Assembly (NCBI GenBank): GCA_002633005.1
Contig: NMRA01000158.1
Location: forward strand, 370,229-434,228
DNA length: 64,000 nt
Origin: Phoronis australis
Taxonomy: Eukaryota; Animalia; Phoronida
Reading direction: 5' to 3'
The notes under the pieces were generated by a model. The model saw only the letters and a program-made list of their open reading frames with translations, searched no databases and was not told the DNA's origin. Made by a program: the position numbers and the translations under genes. Shown here piece by piece: positions 26,301-41,300 of the stretch. Within the stretch, counting starts at the first letter, position 1, and each line of letters begins with the position of its first letter.

Positions 26301-29300
26301 TTCAATTAGTATGTCCTTTTGCAGTTGAATACTACAGATGCATGAATGTACATCTTATCGAGGCTGAACTTTTCACACGACTTCTAGCTGCATGTATCTG
26401 ATAACTCTCCCTTTGATACAATAGACCTATAGCTTCCAGCATAAGTCAGAGATAGAAAAAAATGTTGGTTCCTGTGCCTAACATTAAATAAATCAAAGTG
26501 AACAAGCAGGCTAATTGGGTTCTGATGGCCTGTTTGGGTTGACAGGTTATTTCAGCACCACGGATAAATAATTGTTTTTTCAGATTAGCTGAGGAGCAGA
26601 ATTACAGGCCTGTCTAGTGGCTGGAGCACTGTTGTTGTTTTAACCTTCACTGTTGGTGTGGAATGAGGAATAATGAGTTCACCTGTTATGTGTGAATGTG
26701 TCTAGGATTTCATTCATGGGTGGAAGGCTTGAGACTTTGTGTATCTCAAAAATGCCTTTGATATTGTGGTGACATTGTTAACAGTGAAAATTTTCGTAGC
26801 TAATGAAATGTCCGATGAATAGAACTGCCTTTTACGTGGGACACTGTTTTCAATACGAGACTGAGAAGCTTTGAAAAGGGGTATTTTTTCTTATGGAAAG
26901 TAAGATTTGATAAAGGTTTTCAGTTCAGCGCAATATATGGCAAAAAAGTTCTATTTAAGTCTGTCGTATTTCTCAACAAAAGAAATGTCTGAGAAATATT
27001 GATTTCTCATCTTTTGCATAGTTTGTATTCTCTTCCTATCTGTATCACCATCATAATTCATCTTTGGAAAGATGCAAAATTTGTAATTTGGCAGTTGTTT
27101 TCATGTAACTTTGTAATAGCCTTGTTGATAGAATTTCCCAGCTATGTAATGCCATGTTTTGTGTTTACACTATCAGTTTCTAGTAATGTTCCACTGGTAG
27201 TTCAGATAACCATCAGTGTGTGTTTTCACTGCCAACAAACTATCCATGACCGTCATAGTCACACTACAGACACATGATAGCAATCACTTAACTGGTGTAG
27301 TACTGTTCTTGTTGGCTGTGTGTTTGCTTCCTGGTGCATTTTTCCGCGTCTATAACAAGTCTTCAGTTATTTAGCACGGAAATAATCACCAAAAGTGTTA
27401 TTTTTCAACTTCTTGAAGTCTGGTTAGAATCATCCTGTTTTGTTTGTGATAATCATGGAACAAACTCTTACATATCATTAACTGTATATAAACATCACTA
27501 ATATTACATATTGCACATTTATTACCCTACTCCAGAGGGTACCTACTGATTTGTCGTACCCCCCTGAACAAAGTGGCTAAGCTGCTACTGTTCTCGCTTG
27601 GACTTTTGCTGGTGGCAAATGGCAGTAATACCAATGATTACCAGTGTCACTCTTGCACATGTGTACAGGAATGAGAGGTCTTTGTTTATACTCCCAGTTC
27701 AGAGAGTGAATGTGTTTTGACATCAATTTTTGTTACAAAAGCTGTTCAAAGCAAGTCTGGTGGTGAGGAATCAACTGCTGGGGAACAATGACCCCCTACA
27801 CCAACATCTTGTCTGTCTGGCTATAACGATAGAATTTTTGCTTAGAGTGTGTTTTAGCCAGTGAAAGTACTAGCGTTTTCGCCACTCCATAGTTAACCCA
27901 GTACTAGATATGCAATGTCACTTGCTATTTCCAGTGATTTGGTGATCAAGCACAAAGCCTTGTTCTATAAGACTGGTGGAATAATGCTGGATGGTTTCAT
28001 TTCCAAGTTAAGCTTGTTGTTGGTGTTACGTTCAGTTGGAATAATTATGTTCTAGTTGAACTTATGATTACTTACAAAATTCAATTTTTTGTACGATAAT
28101 GCTAATTTTCGTTTTAGAATTTAGTTTTTCTGTGCATTGATATCGCCTGAATTCTTCTGTAGATTTAGTTTTGCTGTGCATTGATATCGCCTGAATTCTT
28201 GTGTAGATTTCACCGTTGTATGACATTTCAGATGGAAAGAATGAAAAGACTGCCAAATGTGAGCTGTATGTGCGGCTTGTTACCAAGGAGATGCTCAAGA
28301 ACAGCATCACAGTACGGCTGAAGGAGATGACTGCTAAGCTGTTCCTGTCTGGCCTTTATAAGTGAGTTGTTTTCAACATCAGATTTCCCAAGACCAACAA
28401 AAATTTGGAACTTTCTTAACTTCAGAGTTCGCACAGCTCATACTTATAATATTTTTAAAATATGTTCTACTTTTCCTACTATTTCTGGAGATTCCTACTT
28501 TTTGAAAATGTTAAAATAACATGAAAGAAAAATTCCTGTAGTCACAGGTTGGATGTGTGGAGACAATTTGATTTTTTTTCTCTGTTTATCACAGCCCCAA
28601 AAACTGCTTTCGCATTATATCCATGTTCTTATTCAGTCCCTTGCATACATACATGTTACTAATAAGACCGAATTCAGAGGAGTAGCAGACGCCTTTGTGC
28701 AATGCTCGATTGTCCAAAAATGGGAGCTCGGAGCTCAGACCGCTGAGCCATACTGTCTTCCTCACTGGAGTCGCTCTGTGCATGATCAAGCTTCTGTACA
28801 TCCATTACAAGACAATAATGGATTGTCCCTGTTGATGATAGGAGTGATAGGAAGTAAGGGGAGGTAGTATTGTATTGTATTGTATTGTATTGTATTGCAT
28901 TGTATAAATTATTGTGTCGTGGCATGGGGATTTAGGACACATGTATTAGTTTTTCATGTTGGAATTTTGGTACAGAAAGTGTTGTTAAAAATGTATCATT
29001 GATTTGATAAGGGAATTATTGATTTCAATAAGTAATTTTTATTGAACACTGTTACCATAGGTCTATAGAAAAAATGATACATGTTCATAGTACTTATATT
29101 TTCTAAACTCTCTTGTTATGTCTGATCTCGATAGAAAAGTATGCGTCTTAGGACCTGATTGATAGTTTCTGAACTTCACAGAAGATGTTGCTGAACAATT
29201 ATTTAAGGCACACAATATTTATGGCTTAAAAGTGATCTTAAAACTTTAAATGTCTTCATTAGTGAGGGTAAAATTTTGTCAGTAACGGAATATGTTCCCT

Positions 29301-32300
29301 CTCTCTCTTATCCAATCAGATTTAAAAGCGTTTGTGAATTGAATGAATTGATGTGGGTGGTGTTGGTAAAATTTGAATAAACTGCCGTGATAGCTTCAAC
29401 TTTGGTAGTTGTTTAACTGTATAACATAGACAGGAACAGTTACATCTCGCTGTGATAATTTTGTACAACATTTTTGTCTTCCAGTTTCTTCACCACAGCC
29501 ATTGCAGCAGCGATACCAAGCCAGGAACAGGACATCTACATCTTCAACATCCGCGATGATACGGATGTCGCGGAGAACATTCTCAATGTCAGTTTCTCTG
29601 TGCGCAAGGGGTCAGACCAGAATAGCCAGGATATATTTTACGACTCTCAGTTCCTGATGGAGAGAGTCTACCTGAACAGAATCACCATCAACAAGATTGC
29701 TACCATGCATGTAAGTACAACCTGTAGCCGTTATTGTAGTCTTTACTGGCTGATCAGTTTTGTGTGTGACTGCAGTGCGGTAGTGGTTACGCATGACTGA
29801 TGCCATGTCATTTGTGGCTACTTCATAGAGGCTGTTCCAGTGTTCACATGTCCTCCAGACAGAGGGCAGATCACGTGCCTGATCCACATTCTAAACATTT
29901 TTTTCACATGTGAACGCTCATCAAAACGTCTAGTCTGTTTTCTTGTCTGCCGACCCTAACTCAGAGCTTACCGTTCATGTGAATAGTAATTTGATTAAAT
30001 GGTCCGTTGTGATGCCTCGTTGCAATTGAATCTTACTATTGTTTTTCTGTAGTGTTTTATTGAGACAAGGAATTAGAAGGATCGTTGAAAAGATAAAAAC
30101 GGCGTATTGGTCTTAACTGGGCATAATCAGTTTTACGGCTGAAACGTATTCTTGGGAACATTGATGGATGGGATAGACTTTTTGAAGTTACTGGCTTTGA
30201 TCACGGCTATAAAAATAACGAAATTTGTTTTTGTGGTTCCATTACAAATCTCCAATTCTCACTGTTGCGTGACAGTCACTTGCTTAAATCAAGGCTGGTG
30301 AAGTACCCTCCCTGCCAGTGGTCAAGTTGGCTTCAGCTTAGGTAGTAGTGTTTGACTGTGACGCTGAGATTGTGAATTTTATTCTGCGTTTGGGCTGATC
30401 TCAAATAACCAATTACCTTGCTGGTAATGCCATTTAATTGATCATTGGCTCAAACACCAATCTAAATTGAATTTCAAACAAAGACAGTGTCATGTGAATA
30501 GTAATGATAATTACTTTGAATCTTTTGTATATCATCCTCAGTGGCCTTGAATTACATGCATGCAGAGTAAACTGAGTTTCAGTAATATGGTTTAAAGTTA
30601 GTGTTATTACTGTACTGTTATTGTTATTCTTATTGTTATTGTTATCGTGGTAGTCATGTTTAACGCTTGTTCTTGTCAGGTGTTGCCGTTTGATGACAAC
30701 CTATGTATCACAGAGATGTGCCTTAACTTCAAAGAGTGTCGTACAGCTCTTGAGTTCAAGGAAGCCTTACCATTCATCAACTCTAGTCATATGTTGTTCA
30801 GGTCTATCTACCCTGATGACCAATACAGATGTGTCTGTCCACAAGGATTCACTGGTCAGTTGACGTCACTCTAATTTGCCATAAGTTAAGAGGATATTGA
30901 TGGTATAAACCAATCCTCGTTCTATCACCTTGAGTAAAAGTAGGAGTCAGCTACAAACTCAATAGTCCCTATGTCAGGGGTGGCATGTTATGGTTTGTGG
31001 TGTGTGGTCTTTCCCACAGTTGCCCTGTAATTGGCTTAAAGCTAGAACATGCTTGCCCATTTGGTAGCCTTTGAAAAGTGTTTTCAAAATGTCCTTCAAA
31101 CTTTTGAGGGTATTATTTTGTCTCAGAGAATTGTATAATGTCCTTCAAATGTTTGAGGGTATTACTTTGTTTCAGAGAATCGTATAGATAAGTCGTTTTT
31201 AATAGTCCAAAACGGGGTTTGGTATCCTTTTATGGTTGTGTTAGACATAGAAAGATGCCCATATTTGGGTATTAACTTCACAACTTCTCTGGAGCAGCTG
31301 ATCAGGTTCATATTGAACTTCCATGTACGGTGTTTAATGCATTGTTTTCCAAAACTTTTCTAGGAATTGTTTTTAAAATGTTCCGCTTTTGCATGAGGTG
31401 CTGTTATACATAATACTTTTTGATTTTCGTGAAAAAAACTCGAAGTGAATGTGCTTTACACTGCCCTGTGTCACAGCACAGAATATACGTGTGTATGGCC
31501 TGTTATATTGAACAATGTTGTTACAGGCTTGAAGAAAAGAGTTATGTGACAGTGATGTGAATCTGTGCTGTACTAAACCGAGTCAGAGGGCAAACATGTT
31601 ATTATAATCGTGTTATTTGTTTGACAGGCTTGAAAAAAGAAGAACTATGTGATACTGAGGTGAATTTGTGCTACAGTAACCCTTGCCAGAACAACGGTAC
31701 ATGTTCCAGTAGGGAAGGAGGCTATACATGTATCTGTCCCAATGGTTTTGGAGGTAAGTAGCTGGGTCCTCGTATTCTTGCAAAGCTCACCATGGCTATG
31801 TTCCGTAGATCACGTGCTTGGCTTGTAAAGCATGGTGTTATCTCGCAAAAACTTGTGTACTGATGCGTTTTTTGCTAGTTTCTTGCATCCATGGAACTCG
31901 GCCAAGTTTTTCTCACAAGAGGAAATACAAACTTGACAGGAAAAACAATTCACACATTTTTTGTGAAATGCATGTTATTGTGGGACTTTGTAGATGACAA
32001 CTCCAGTGAAAAGTAAACCTGAGATTATGATCAAAAATACCCTCAGCAATATGGTTAGTAAATTATTAGTTTCCTATAAATATCATTTTGTCTCGTGTTT
32101 ACAGAAAGAAACCAAATTCTCCATGTCAAAATCCAAATGTGTTGGTCCGACAATTTAAGATTATATGAATATGTCAATCTCAATATGGCGTGGAAATATG
32201 TTGCGAGTTAAGATTGGTTGTGTAGAACACTGAGTATCGTCTATGTGATGAACACAACTACGAAGCATTCCGTTGTGTTAACATGCCCATAGAGAACTCT

Positions 32301-35300
32301 CTGATGAGTTTGTAAGTTAGATCACATCCAGCTCTGTCACGTGTTTTGAGTGTCAAAGGGGCATCGTATCGACAGTTACATTCATTGGTGGCTGTACAAC
32401 CATTTGAACTGCAAGTTTAGCAGTTATGGTTATACAGTCAGTTTCAAATTGAACTGTATTTTTGTAAAAATGAGGAGGTACTGTTCATCAATGGTAGAAT
32501 TTGTATTTAATTACATTTTCTTAGTAGTTTTTATTTCGTATTATTAAACAAATGACAATTATATGTTAATTGTAAACTTGATAATGTGCTGTTACGTCTC
32601 CTTAAATGTAAACACAAACTAGCTCTGCTTCCTGTTTTAATTGATCAAGAAGTAAATGGATTCACTCAAGAGCTTTTGAGATGAATATTTTGTCTTCATT
32701 TATCACGCGTAATTAATTCCATCACATCCGTTCGTGGTCGAGTACCCAAGGGAGTGATAAACTTGTGTGACTCACAAAAGGCAAACTGTTTGAGCTGTCT
32801 CTTTGTCTCGTGACAGGTTATTAGTTGCCAGTATTATGTAGACAGCACTGCAATGTTTCTCTAATGGACTTTAGTTTTTTATTTGTGTGTTGGGAAAGTT
32901 ATATTAAACAGAGAATAGTTTTGTAACCTGAATTAATAGTGCACCACTTTATCAGCCAGTATAATTCACTATTTGTTTTTTGTTCTTTTCATTGACGACC
33001 TCTATGATCTTCATTTCAAGATTAGTACATAGTACATCATTCCTGGACGGCAGTGTCAAGGAATTTTTTCACCATGTCGTTGACTCGTGTATTTGTTAAA
33101 TCCTGATGTGTATTCTCTTCTCAAAGTCGGCTGATTGAAGACCAACAAAAAGGGTGTCTATTGTTCTGGCAGGCATTTTCGCAGTTGTCTCCAAGTTGTT
33201 ATCAACAGTCTTATCAGAATCTGGTTAACTAGAACTTAAAAATTTCCATTTTTCTTGCGATACTAGAAGGGTCTAGGTCATGAGACTTCTAACAGAAGGG
33301 ATATACAATTAAGTACTGTGTCACTTTGCCTCACCAAGCTCTCCTTGTCACAAATGCTAGTCTCGTGCACAGTTCTTGATGAAGTCAATGTCTAGGCTGT
33401 AAATTACTGCATAAAATCTTTCAAGTTAGAGACCACTGTGAGTAAAACGTCTTCACGAGACAATGCATATAATTTGTACTCCCCGACCAGTTGTACTATT
33501 GCACAGAAATGCAAATACCGTACAATGTAGAAAGATTAGATGTGCCACTGGAAGATGTTGAAAGCCTTGAAATTAAAAAATATGTCCTCGGGTCCCAGTA
33601 GAGCTGGAGAGTTACAAGCTCTTCCGGCTGCCTCATGTGAGAGCTGAGGACTGAGAGCTCATCCTGAGGCGTGAAAACACCATCACATTATCACCAACTA
33701 GGATCCAGTTTGTTCAGTTGTTCACAACAAGGTGTGAATATCTGACCACAATTGAATGAACTTGTCCTTAGTTCGGAACAATGTTCACGCTTTGATGTGA
33801 CTAATGAGCTGACATCACAGCTCCTCGCTCTTGGTCCACTCTGGCCCTTGGGAATACATTGTAATGGCAGTGGTAAAAATACCAGGATGTAGAATGTGTT
33901 TTATATCCCAAGTGACAAACTCCCCTGTGTTCTGACTTCATTCCGTATCTTAGTTTCCCATTCGTAATAATTAATAGAAAATAAGCCTTGAGACACCCAT
34001 GGGCTGCTGTGTGAGTTAGTTTTCTGTTGATAGCTTTTATTTGTCTGATGATGTCTTGCACTGTAGTGCTTAGTATGTGTTATTCCTGCCTGGCCGGCAA
34101 CCATTCGGTGTCCACTACCACATCTCCGAAACCCCTTGATGGTTGTTCATAACATTTTGCAGACACGTTCCTTTTATGGATGGTCAATTTCTGGGACTAT
34201 TTTAATGCAAAATGAGAATGACTGCACTGGCCTGCTGAACTTGTCTGTTGACATGGTAACATGGTAACATAGTGACATGACTGTCACAACTAACGGGGTC
34301 AGCTCTCGTGGTCGCCAAACATAGTGCAGACTCTCATAATTTGGCTTACACACCCAATAATTACAATTCAGTGAATCACGAACTTGGCTCTCTGCATCTC
34401 TTTGAACTTGGAATTTTCCTCTTTTAAGGGTCGGATCTCCTCTTTTTTGGTTTCGATTTCCTCTGACTTGATTTCCAGTTTCCTCTTTTTTCGTCTCGTT
34501 ATTACAACGATTTTTGGCCTTTTTCATGCAAAGATGTTTATTTCAGTTGAATTTTACATCACAAAAATATTTCTATCACAACGATACATCACCTGGAAAA
34601 TTTTCCTCTTTCTTGTCATTGCCCTGCTCTCTGTATGCTGTTGGTGAATCGTGTACATGAGTCTGTATTTCTTAATTGTTTACTTGCAGGCAAACATTGT
34701 CAGTATGACATGAGCGCAGGAGGCCAGCGGTACAGTACATGTCCTAGTGACATCTGTAAACCTCCTTCCCAGTGTGTGACGCTCATCAAAGGTGGGCTGC
34801 GCTGTGAAGGCTGTCCTAAGGGGGCCCACTACAACGCGTTCTGTCAACTACGAACGCGCAACTTTACGGCTGGTGGATTTCTTATGTATCCATCTCTGAA
34901 ACGGCGTCACCGGTTCAAATTTGAAGTCAAGTAAGATTTTTGGTTGTTGTCCATTGTAGTTATTCACTTCCAGCACAAATTTGCCAATATGCTTGAAAAT
35001 GAGGTGTTGTTTCCAAAATACAATGGTACTGCATACTTGAAACACGCGCATTCAGGTTAAATTTGATGCCAAAACGAGTCATCGTGTCCTAAACATCTTT
35101 ACACAAGAGCAGTGCCACCAAAGTGTATATTAGGTAGTGAATACAATTCTGATTGTTCAGTTTGTTTATTGTAGTGGAACAGAAGGTTATACAATGGGGC
35201 TAGTACTTATGCTTGCTTATGTACTGTTTGAATGTAATGTTTTAAAGAATGAATTTTTATCCACCTTATTTTTTTAGATTTGCTACTCGTCACAGAAATG

Positions 35301-38300
35301 GTCTGCTGTTTTACAACGGTCGCTATAACAACGAAAATGATTTTGTTGCTTTGGAGCTGGTGGATGGCGATATTCGTTTCTCGTACAACCTTGGCTCCGC
35401 CAATACAACATACGTGACCCTGCCGGTGAAACATGGTGTTAATGACGGTCAGTGGCAGCACGTGACTGTCCACTATTACAATAGGGTGAGTCTATAGTAT
35501 GAAATTGACTGTGTAATGGCTATCTCTTGGTGGACATTGTAAATGTTAAAATCTTCATCTCATTTACTGTTGATGATATCTGTGATCAGTTTTATGAAAG
35601 TGACTTATGACATAGGACAGAAATTTGGCCTTACGGACCACATAACTATTTATGAAATGTAATTAAATCTCACATGAGCAAAAGAGCAAAGTCTCTGAGA
35701 ATATACCTGTAACTTCTAATTACTGAGAGAAATTATGTGAATTATTTCTATAATGCGCTCATATTTATTTTGCTAAACCCTTATTCAGCAATTGTAAGTG
35801 GGACTGTAAGACCAAATTTCTGTCTTAAATCTTAAGATACTTCTCATGAAATAGACCCATGTTTTAGAAGACAACAGGGCAGAATCTTATTGGAGGTGGG
35901 CTTGAATGATGACAGGGTTTAGTGTACAGTTCCATATTTTAGTCACGTCCCTTCTTATGTCAATCCTAGAAAAGTGTCCAAACTTTTGAATGTCATATCT
36001 GAAAAATGGCTGATATGATGTGTATGAAATTTTTTATTTATGTGTGAGGGCTGCCAATATGATTGATGAGCTAAGACTNGCATCAAGAATTAAAGATTAG
36101 GATGACATAAAAATGTAAAAAACAGTCAAAATTTTTTTTTTTGTGTATCCACCTACCTTAAGATACTTCTCATGAAATAGACCCATGTTTTAGAAGACAA
36201 CAGGGCAGAATCTTATTGGAGGTGGGCTTGAATGATGACAGGGTTTAGTGTACAGTTCCATATTTTAGTCACGTCCCTTCTTATGTCAATCCTAGAAAAG
36301 TGTCCAAACTTTTGAATGTCATATCTGAAAAATGGCTGATATGATGTGTATGAAATTTTTTATTTATGTGTGAGGGCTGCCAATATGATTGATGAGCTAA
36401 GACTGCTTCTGTGTGTATATGCATAGAGTTGATGCCACTTAGGATTTTGTAGTGTATCAATTCTATGTAAGCAATAATTTTAGACCCAGTTTTCACAGTC
36501 TCAGGTTGGCTTCAGCTTTCAATAAGAGTTTCAAAGTGAAACATTTATTTTGGTGCTTTGAATTCATGTTGAATACAAAACATAAATAACGATGTTGTTC
36601 AAATGAAATGTGTTATTCTTCTCGTCGAAGCCGCATTTCTGTTGTTATTGCTGCTCACTTCTGATAGATAAATAGCGACAGTAACAGCAGCAGAAACTTG
36701 GCTTTGATGAGAAGAACAACGAATTTCATTTGATCAACATCAATGTTGCTGTCTGTTGTATTTCTCCAACACGTGACTGTTTACATTTTCAGACTGCAAC
36801 AATTGCCCTTGGTGAAGATTGTGACATTGAGATCGCTCTTCGCTACGGCAGACAGAGTACGTCGTACCCCTGTGCTGTGCAAGGGTATACCAAATTGCCA
36901 GACAAGTATGTTGACTCACATCCTATTCAAGTTTTTATTTACTGAAGATTTCTACTTGGAGAAATTGTGTGAAATTTAACAATTGTAGCCCTTGAATCAT
37001 GTGGCGGTACTTTCACGAAAATAAGCACTTGAACTAAACTGTGGGGTATTCACTTCTGATTAAATTTTCTTGTCTGTACTTTTGGCCTTTGCATTGTTTT
37101 TTATCAATTAGTTTGATAACATTTACCTAGTTCCTATTCACATTGGAACCTCTTTCAAATAACCTGTACAATTAATTTGAAGTAGCCATAAAAAATATCA
37201 GTGTGTGTGAAAGAACATCATGACACGTCACTCACTTGACCTTATTGTTCTTCTTTCCAAGGTGCCGACAGTCATTTGTGTCTTGTCCACGATTCCTGGA
37301 CCTGACAGGCCCCCTCCACTTGGGGGGTCTGCCTGACGTGTCACGTGTAGACAAGCGCATTAACAGCTATGACTTTGACGGCTGTCTTACCGACATCTAC
37401 ATTGATGACGAGTTCCTGGACTTGAACGCTTACGCGTACAAGACTCCTACGGGCACAATGGAGGGATGTTCTCAGAAGAACAAACACTGTACAGCAACCA
37501 AATGTACTCGGCAGGGTACCTGTGTGGAAGGCTGGGGACAGTACTTCTGTCTGTGTCGGCCTGGACATGGGGGCAAAGACTGCAGTTCGAGTGAGTAGAC
37601 ATGTTGACATGGGACATCTCCAGTTGTCACATTGAATACTTGGTCACCAGTCAAGATATGATACTCCATAGTTATCATCATGTATTACGTAACGTGACTT
37701 GTTCACGCACTAAAATCAACAAGCATTGACAAATGTTGCTGGCAAAAATGTTGGAATTCAAGACGACAGTTACAAATATCTCGTTAGAAATTGTAAATAT
37801 TAGAGCTATTGGGTTACATTACTGAGCAATGGTATCTACTAGGTTGTTCAGGCTTGTAATAGAATGTTTGTGAGGTGCTTTGTGACCAGACGTAGCCTGT
37901 GTAATGTCGCGCGTGTCTTGCAGATATTGATAATCCCGTGCGCCTGACAGGCAATGGCTACATTGTGTATAGAAGCGTGCGGTCAGTTCAGCTACCTTGG
38001 TTCAATGGAATAGCCTTCCGTACAGTGCAGGCGGATGGTCATTTGATGAGGATCTCTGTTGGGAGTGACCGTGTTGACATCAAGGTACATGATGGAATAA
38101 TTGCTGTTTTTTAACGTCGGGCATGCCCTGCACAAAGTCAGCTGTTTCTCTTTGCATGAAGAATAAACATTTAAATGTTCCATTATTCCTTTTGGCTTTG
38201 AAGAGACTACCATGTTGATTGTAGAGAAGTGAAACCATTAGTTGTGGTTTAATTTTAATTTTAAACAAAAGGCGTCAGCATGAACAGAAAGTGTGTTTCT

Positions 38301-41300
38301 GTTAATTTTCTAACTGTAGAAGTTGTAACTTTTGAAGCTCCCATGATTCTCATTCAAGGAGCCTGCCTCTTCCAAGCCATTTTGTGGGCAAGTTCAGTGG
38401 CTTCTCAGTTCTTTCCAAACCCAGAACAATGTTCTAAGGAAGGAACAGGCTGGTCGGTGTATTAGCCATTCCTGGGAATACAGCATCGCTCTCTTGCCAT
38501 GCTGATCAACATTATGTATTAAAGCAAAAATTAGTTTGTCATTCTGATACCAATAAAGCTGTTCCGTTGCACAGTGAGTTTAAATGTGATTGTAGTGTGA
38601 CACTCTGCTTTTCACATCGTGCGCAAGAGACAAGAGTTGCACCTGGGAGGTGGGATTTTAAATTAAACCAAGCAGATTGCCACTTAAAGATGGGGAATCA
38701 GTAAATGGTAGTTACACTCGTGCACAAATGACAATATTCCACACTGTGTGATCTCTCCTTTGTGGCAAAATTCATATACCAGCCTTACTTAGTACTGTCC
38801 TGATGAAGACTTCCATCTGTGTGTTTGTGGCCACTCATGTTTGTACCTACATGTCACTGCTGCAGATTGTAGACGGCTTGATCAATTACGTGTACAAGAG
38901 ACAGACCTTGGTCTTGGACGTGACTCGGGTGAATGATGGCAGATGGCACTACTTTGAGTCCCGATGGCTGTCCAGCAGTGAACTACAGATGATTCTAGAT
39001 TATGGCCAAATCAAGGTGGGCTACTGTCTTGGGAGTTATACATAACGTCTGCGTTCAACTACTCATTGGTTTTGAAATTCGAAGAATGCTGGGGCAACTG
39101 TCTCCATTTACTAATTTGTGTACACATTACATATTGTAATTAGTCACGGAAGCCCAGAAATATTTGACTTAAACGTACGATTTAAAGAAACTAATTCACT
39201 CAAAATACCATCTAGACGTCAAATAAAGGAAACTGAACAAAAGTGTAAAGTCAATAAGTGCATGTTGCAAGTGTTGTTTCAGAACTTCAAATGTATCTTG
39301 TCACTTGCAAAATAAATTTTCAAACTTAACAAACTTTAGTGCATGTGTCTTTGAAGCTTGTAAGAATCTTCAGATTAGTTCTGTAATGAAGTTGTAGGCA
39401 AATATTAATGCAATGTTCAAAATAATGTGTTCATTTAGAATACTTTTGATCTAACCTGAGGTATGATGCATGCATGTACGGTTGTCTGTTGTAGAAATCA
39501 TACTCTATATCAGGCTCTATTGCTGGGGCATCCGTGTCCACTGTACAGGTTGGCGGGTATTTAACTAACACTCAAGTTACCAATGGTTTCAAAGGCTGTT
39601 TGAAGGTAAGTTGCGTGCACTGTCTTATATTAGACTACCTTCAACTGTGTTTCAGTAGTGGATTGATTTTTTGTCATTTTTTGACCTTATTGTGTCTGTA
39701 AACGGTCAAATTTTCCTGATTGGTGAAATTTAATTGTGGTAGTATTTATTTTCTCTTGCATATGAGCATTGCCTCATCATTTTCTGTGTAAAAGCGCTCA
39801 ACATCAACAGATCGTGTTGTAGTTAATACTGTGCCGGCTGTGCTTAGGTCTCATGATCACCATGTAACGATCCATGCTTCCTGAGACTGTGCTTAGGTCT
39901 CATGATCACCATGTAACGATCCATGCTCCCTGAGACTGTGCTTAGATCTCGCAATAACCATGCAACAATCTATCTCTCCAGGATGTGCGCGTGGCTCGAT
40001 CTTTGACTGGCGGCAGCAAAATAAATGATTATACTTGCACCACCACTGATCCTTGTGACGCTAACCGTTGCCCTAGCAACAGTGACTGCATGCCGGCCTG
40101 GGGTACAGATAAGGGTTACACCTGTAAATGTCATCAAGGTAAGAGAAACTGACGTCGTTCACGGAAAATGGCTTCCCATGTCTTTTAAAGAGTAACACCG
40201 TATTGCTGTGCCTTTTGGCCCACGGGCCAATACCTGAAATAACACCATTTTGGTGGCCTACTTTTTCCAAGTGGGTGGCCTATTGACGCATGCACCTAAG
40301 TTTTGCATGTACAGCCAGGCGCATCAGTGTTGAGCACCGCTGTGCCTCCTAATAGCAATTTCTTTTGGTTTGCCACTGTGTCTTTGAAGTTCCTAGTCGT
40401 ATTAAGAAAAATGTGGTAAATAGTTGTGTATTACCTTATTGCTGCTTCTTTCAGACCCATGGCCCTATATCCGGAACAATGCCTTTTTTCATGGCCTTTT
40501 TTAACCAAGTGGCTTACACATTGCTACATGCTCCCTAACTTTTGCATGTAAGCACATTTCTGCGCAGGTGTCCATGGCGTAACAATACTGTATACATTTC
40601 CTGTGCAGTGTTTATAAATCCTTAAAGCTGGAGCAGTGCATTGAGTGATCTGAAGTCTTATGGTCACTTCCAAACTTTCCTCTACAATGTGCTCTCATAC
40701 AATTGTGCTTGGTTGCAAAGTATACTATTGCATCAAAATGTAAGCAGTGTTGTTTTTCTTTCATAGGCTCATTCACACATTCACCCTAGGGAAACCAGAA
40801 AATTTAATATCTTAATCACGAAACATAAAGATCCTTATGCCAGTGTTGCAGTCATCTGTTTCCTCCTCTTGTACAGGTTACCATGGCAACAACTGTGCCA
40901 GCATTTGTCGTAACTTCAACCCTTGTAAGGCGGGTTCAACATGTGTCAGCAGTCCTTCAACATCACACGGCTACAAGTGTCAGTGTCCGTCAAACACATT
41001 TGGCCAGTACTGTGAGAGGAAACGACAGGCGTGTGCTGCCTCCTGGTGGGGCTACCCTATCTGTGGGCCATGTCTGTGCGATGGAAGCAAAGGGTTCAAC
41101 AGTACGTGTCACAAGGATAACGGACTGTGCAGTTGTAAGGTAAGTTGATGGCATTGTTGTAACTTAGATTGTTTTTGGTTTTCTGTATTGCCTAGCAGTT
41201 CTTTGTCCACCATTCATTGAACATAATTTCATATTTGGACTGGCAAAGCTGCTTCGGTGTGAGATTCTTCAGGTTTGGAAAACGTCCGGTGAAATTTACC

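Noticed and set aside
14397-28231. Nested gene or transposase in the 13.8-kb intron 1
   Set aside because: All ORFs are 110 aa or shorter, are low-complexity or repeat-derived, and show no recognisable motifs
40200-40550. Degenerate direct repeat of about 110 bp in intron 13
   Set aside because: It is an old local duplication with no coding or splice features
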